A stretch of DNA of 64,000 nucleotides from Chlorokybus atmophyticus (lineage: Eukaryota; Plantae; Mesostigma and Chlorokybus algae): contig RHPI01001168.1 in the NCBI GenBank assembly GCA_009103225.1, positions 373,337 to 437,336 on the forward strand. The letters run 5' to 3'. The translations under genes and the position numbers were made by a program. Shown piece after piece: positions 62,513 through 64,000 of this stretch (its first letter is position 1; every line of letters starts with the position of its first letter). Below the pieces are notes generated by a model, which had not been told where the DNA came from, did not search any database, and was given only the letters and a program-made list of their open reading frames with translations.

Positions 62513-63083
62513 GTTGCAGGGAGGTGATTGCTGTCCGATGGTATTGGTTTGCTCATCTCCAACTGACTGTTGATGACCTGCGCTAGCTAAGGTGGGTTTT
62601 TCGTGTTTATAATCCCTAGACACCCTATCGTATGGAACACTGCCAAGTGTACAGCCCCCTGTATATTTAAACAGGATAGGTACGACGTGTAGAGTGCAGT
62701 TTGATTGGCGGAAGATTGTTTGTTAAAAGCGCCTGCATTCTTTTGTGTCAGGTTCAAGTTCAGTTGCTGCTTCAGGGTTTGGCAGCTGTACCTTTGTACC
62801 CTTCGTGCACTCACTTGCACATCCACGCGGTTGTATGTGCAACAAACTTTCGGACTGGAGCTGTGATTGCCATGTGGAGTGTACGGGTTCATTTTGCTAT
62901 TGAGGCGAGTGTCAGTCTGCTTGCGCCGGTTTGGACACGTATGCGCTCTACCAGCGGTCTGTTGTCCTGTCTGCTGCTCACTGCTGGTCATGGTGAACAG
63001 TTTCTTTTAGCGAAACCCTTTCTTTTTGCGCAAAAGTTTCTGCGGATTGCCCCAAGTCATGTTTGAAGTAAGCACCGGATGTG

Positions 63084-63891
<808 letters not shown>

Positions 63892-64000
63892 GCCCTCGCT
63901 CGCTCNTCGCTCACTCCCTCGCTCTCTCGCTCACTCCCTCACTCGCGCGCGCACAAACACCAACAATAGAAACCACAGCGGCCACAGCCAGCTAAGACAT

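Overview
Eukaryotic genomic DNA, most likely a green alga. The evidence is spliceosomal introns, a BRUTUS/HRZ-type gene, UFL1, dynein LC7 and telo-box motifs; the species cannot be determined. Bases ~1-44,500 are a deeply nested, mostly decayed transposon cluster. It holds four pieces of a split-direct-repeat (PAT/TOC1/Ngaro-type) tyrosine-recombinase retrotransposon and two free ~500-bp units derived from its termini. It also holds one Ty1/copia element, two related non-autonomous gag-only LTR families with solo LTRs, a PIF/Harbinger element with internal tandem duplications, and a TA-flanked TIR element. The background these insert into is not named by the ORF track. By manual translation it is a Plavaka-like (CMC) DDE transposase pseudogene (+ strand) facing a frameshifted phage-type C5-cytosine DNA methyltransferase (- strand), possibly preceded by chromo- and Tudor-like segments; this pairing is the most interesting candidate system. 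Bases ~44,500-51,700 are AT-richer, non-coding or unrecognisably decayed. Bases ~52,200-62,500 are a compact four-gene island (Roadblock/LC7, CRAL-TRIO, UFL1, hemerythrin-CHY-RING ligase) followed by an ~800-bp (CT)n tract. All protein-family calls come from motif recognition by eye, not database searches.
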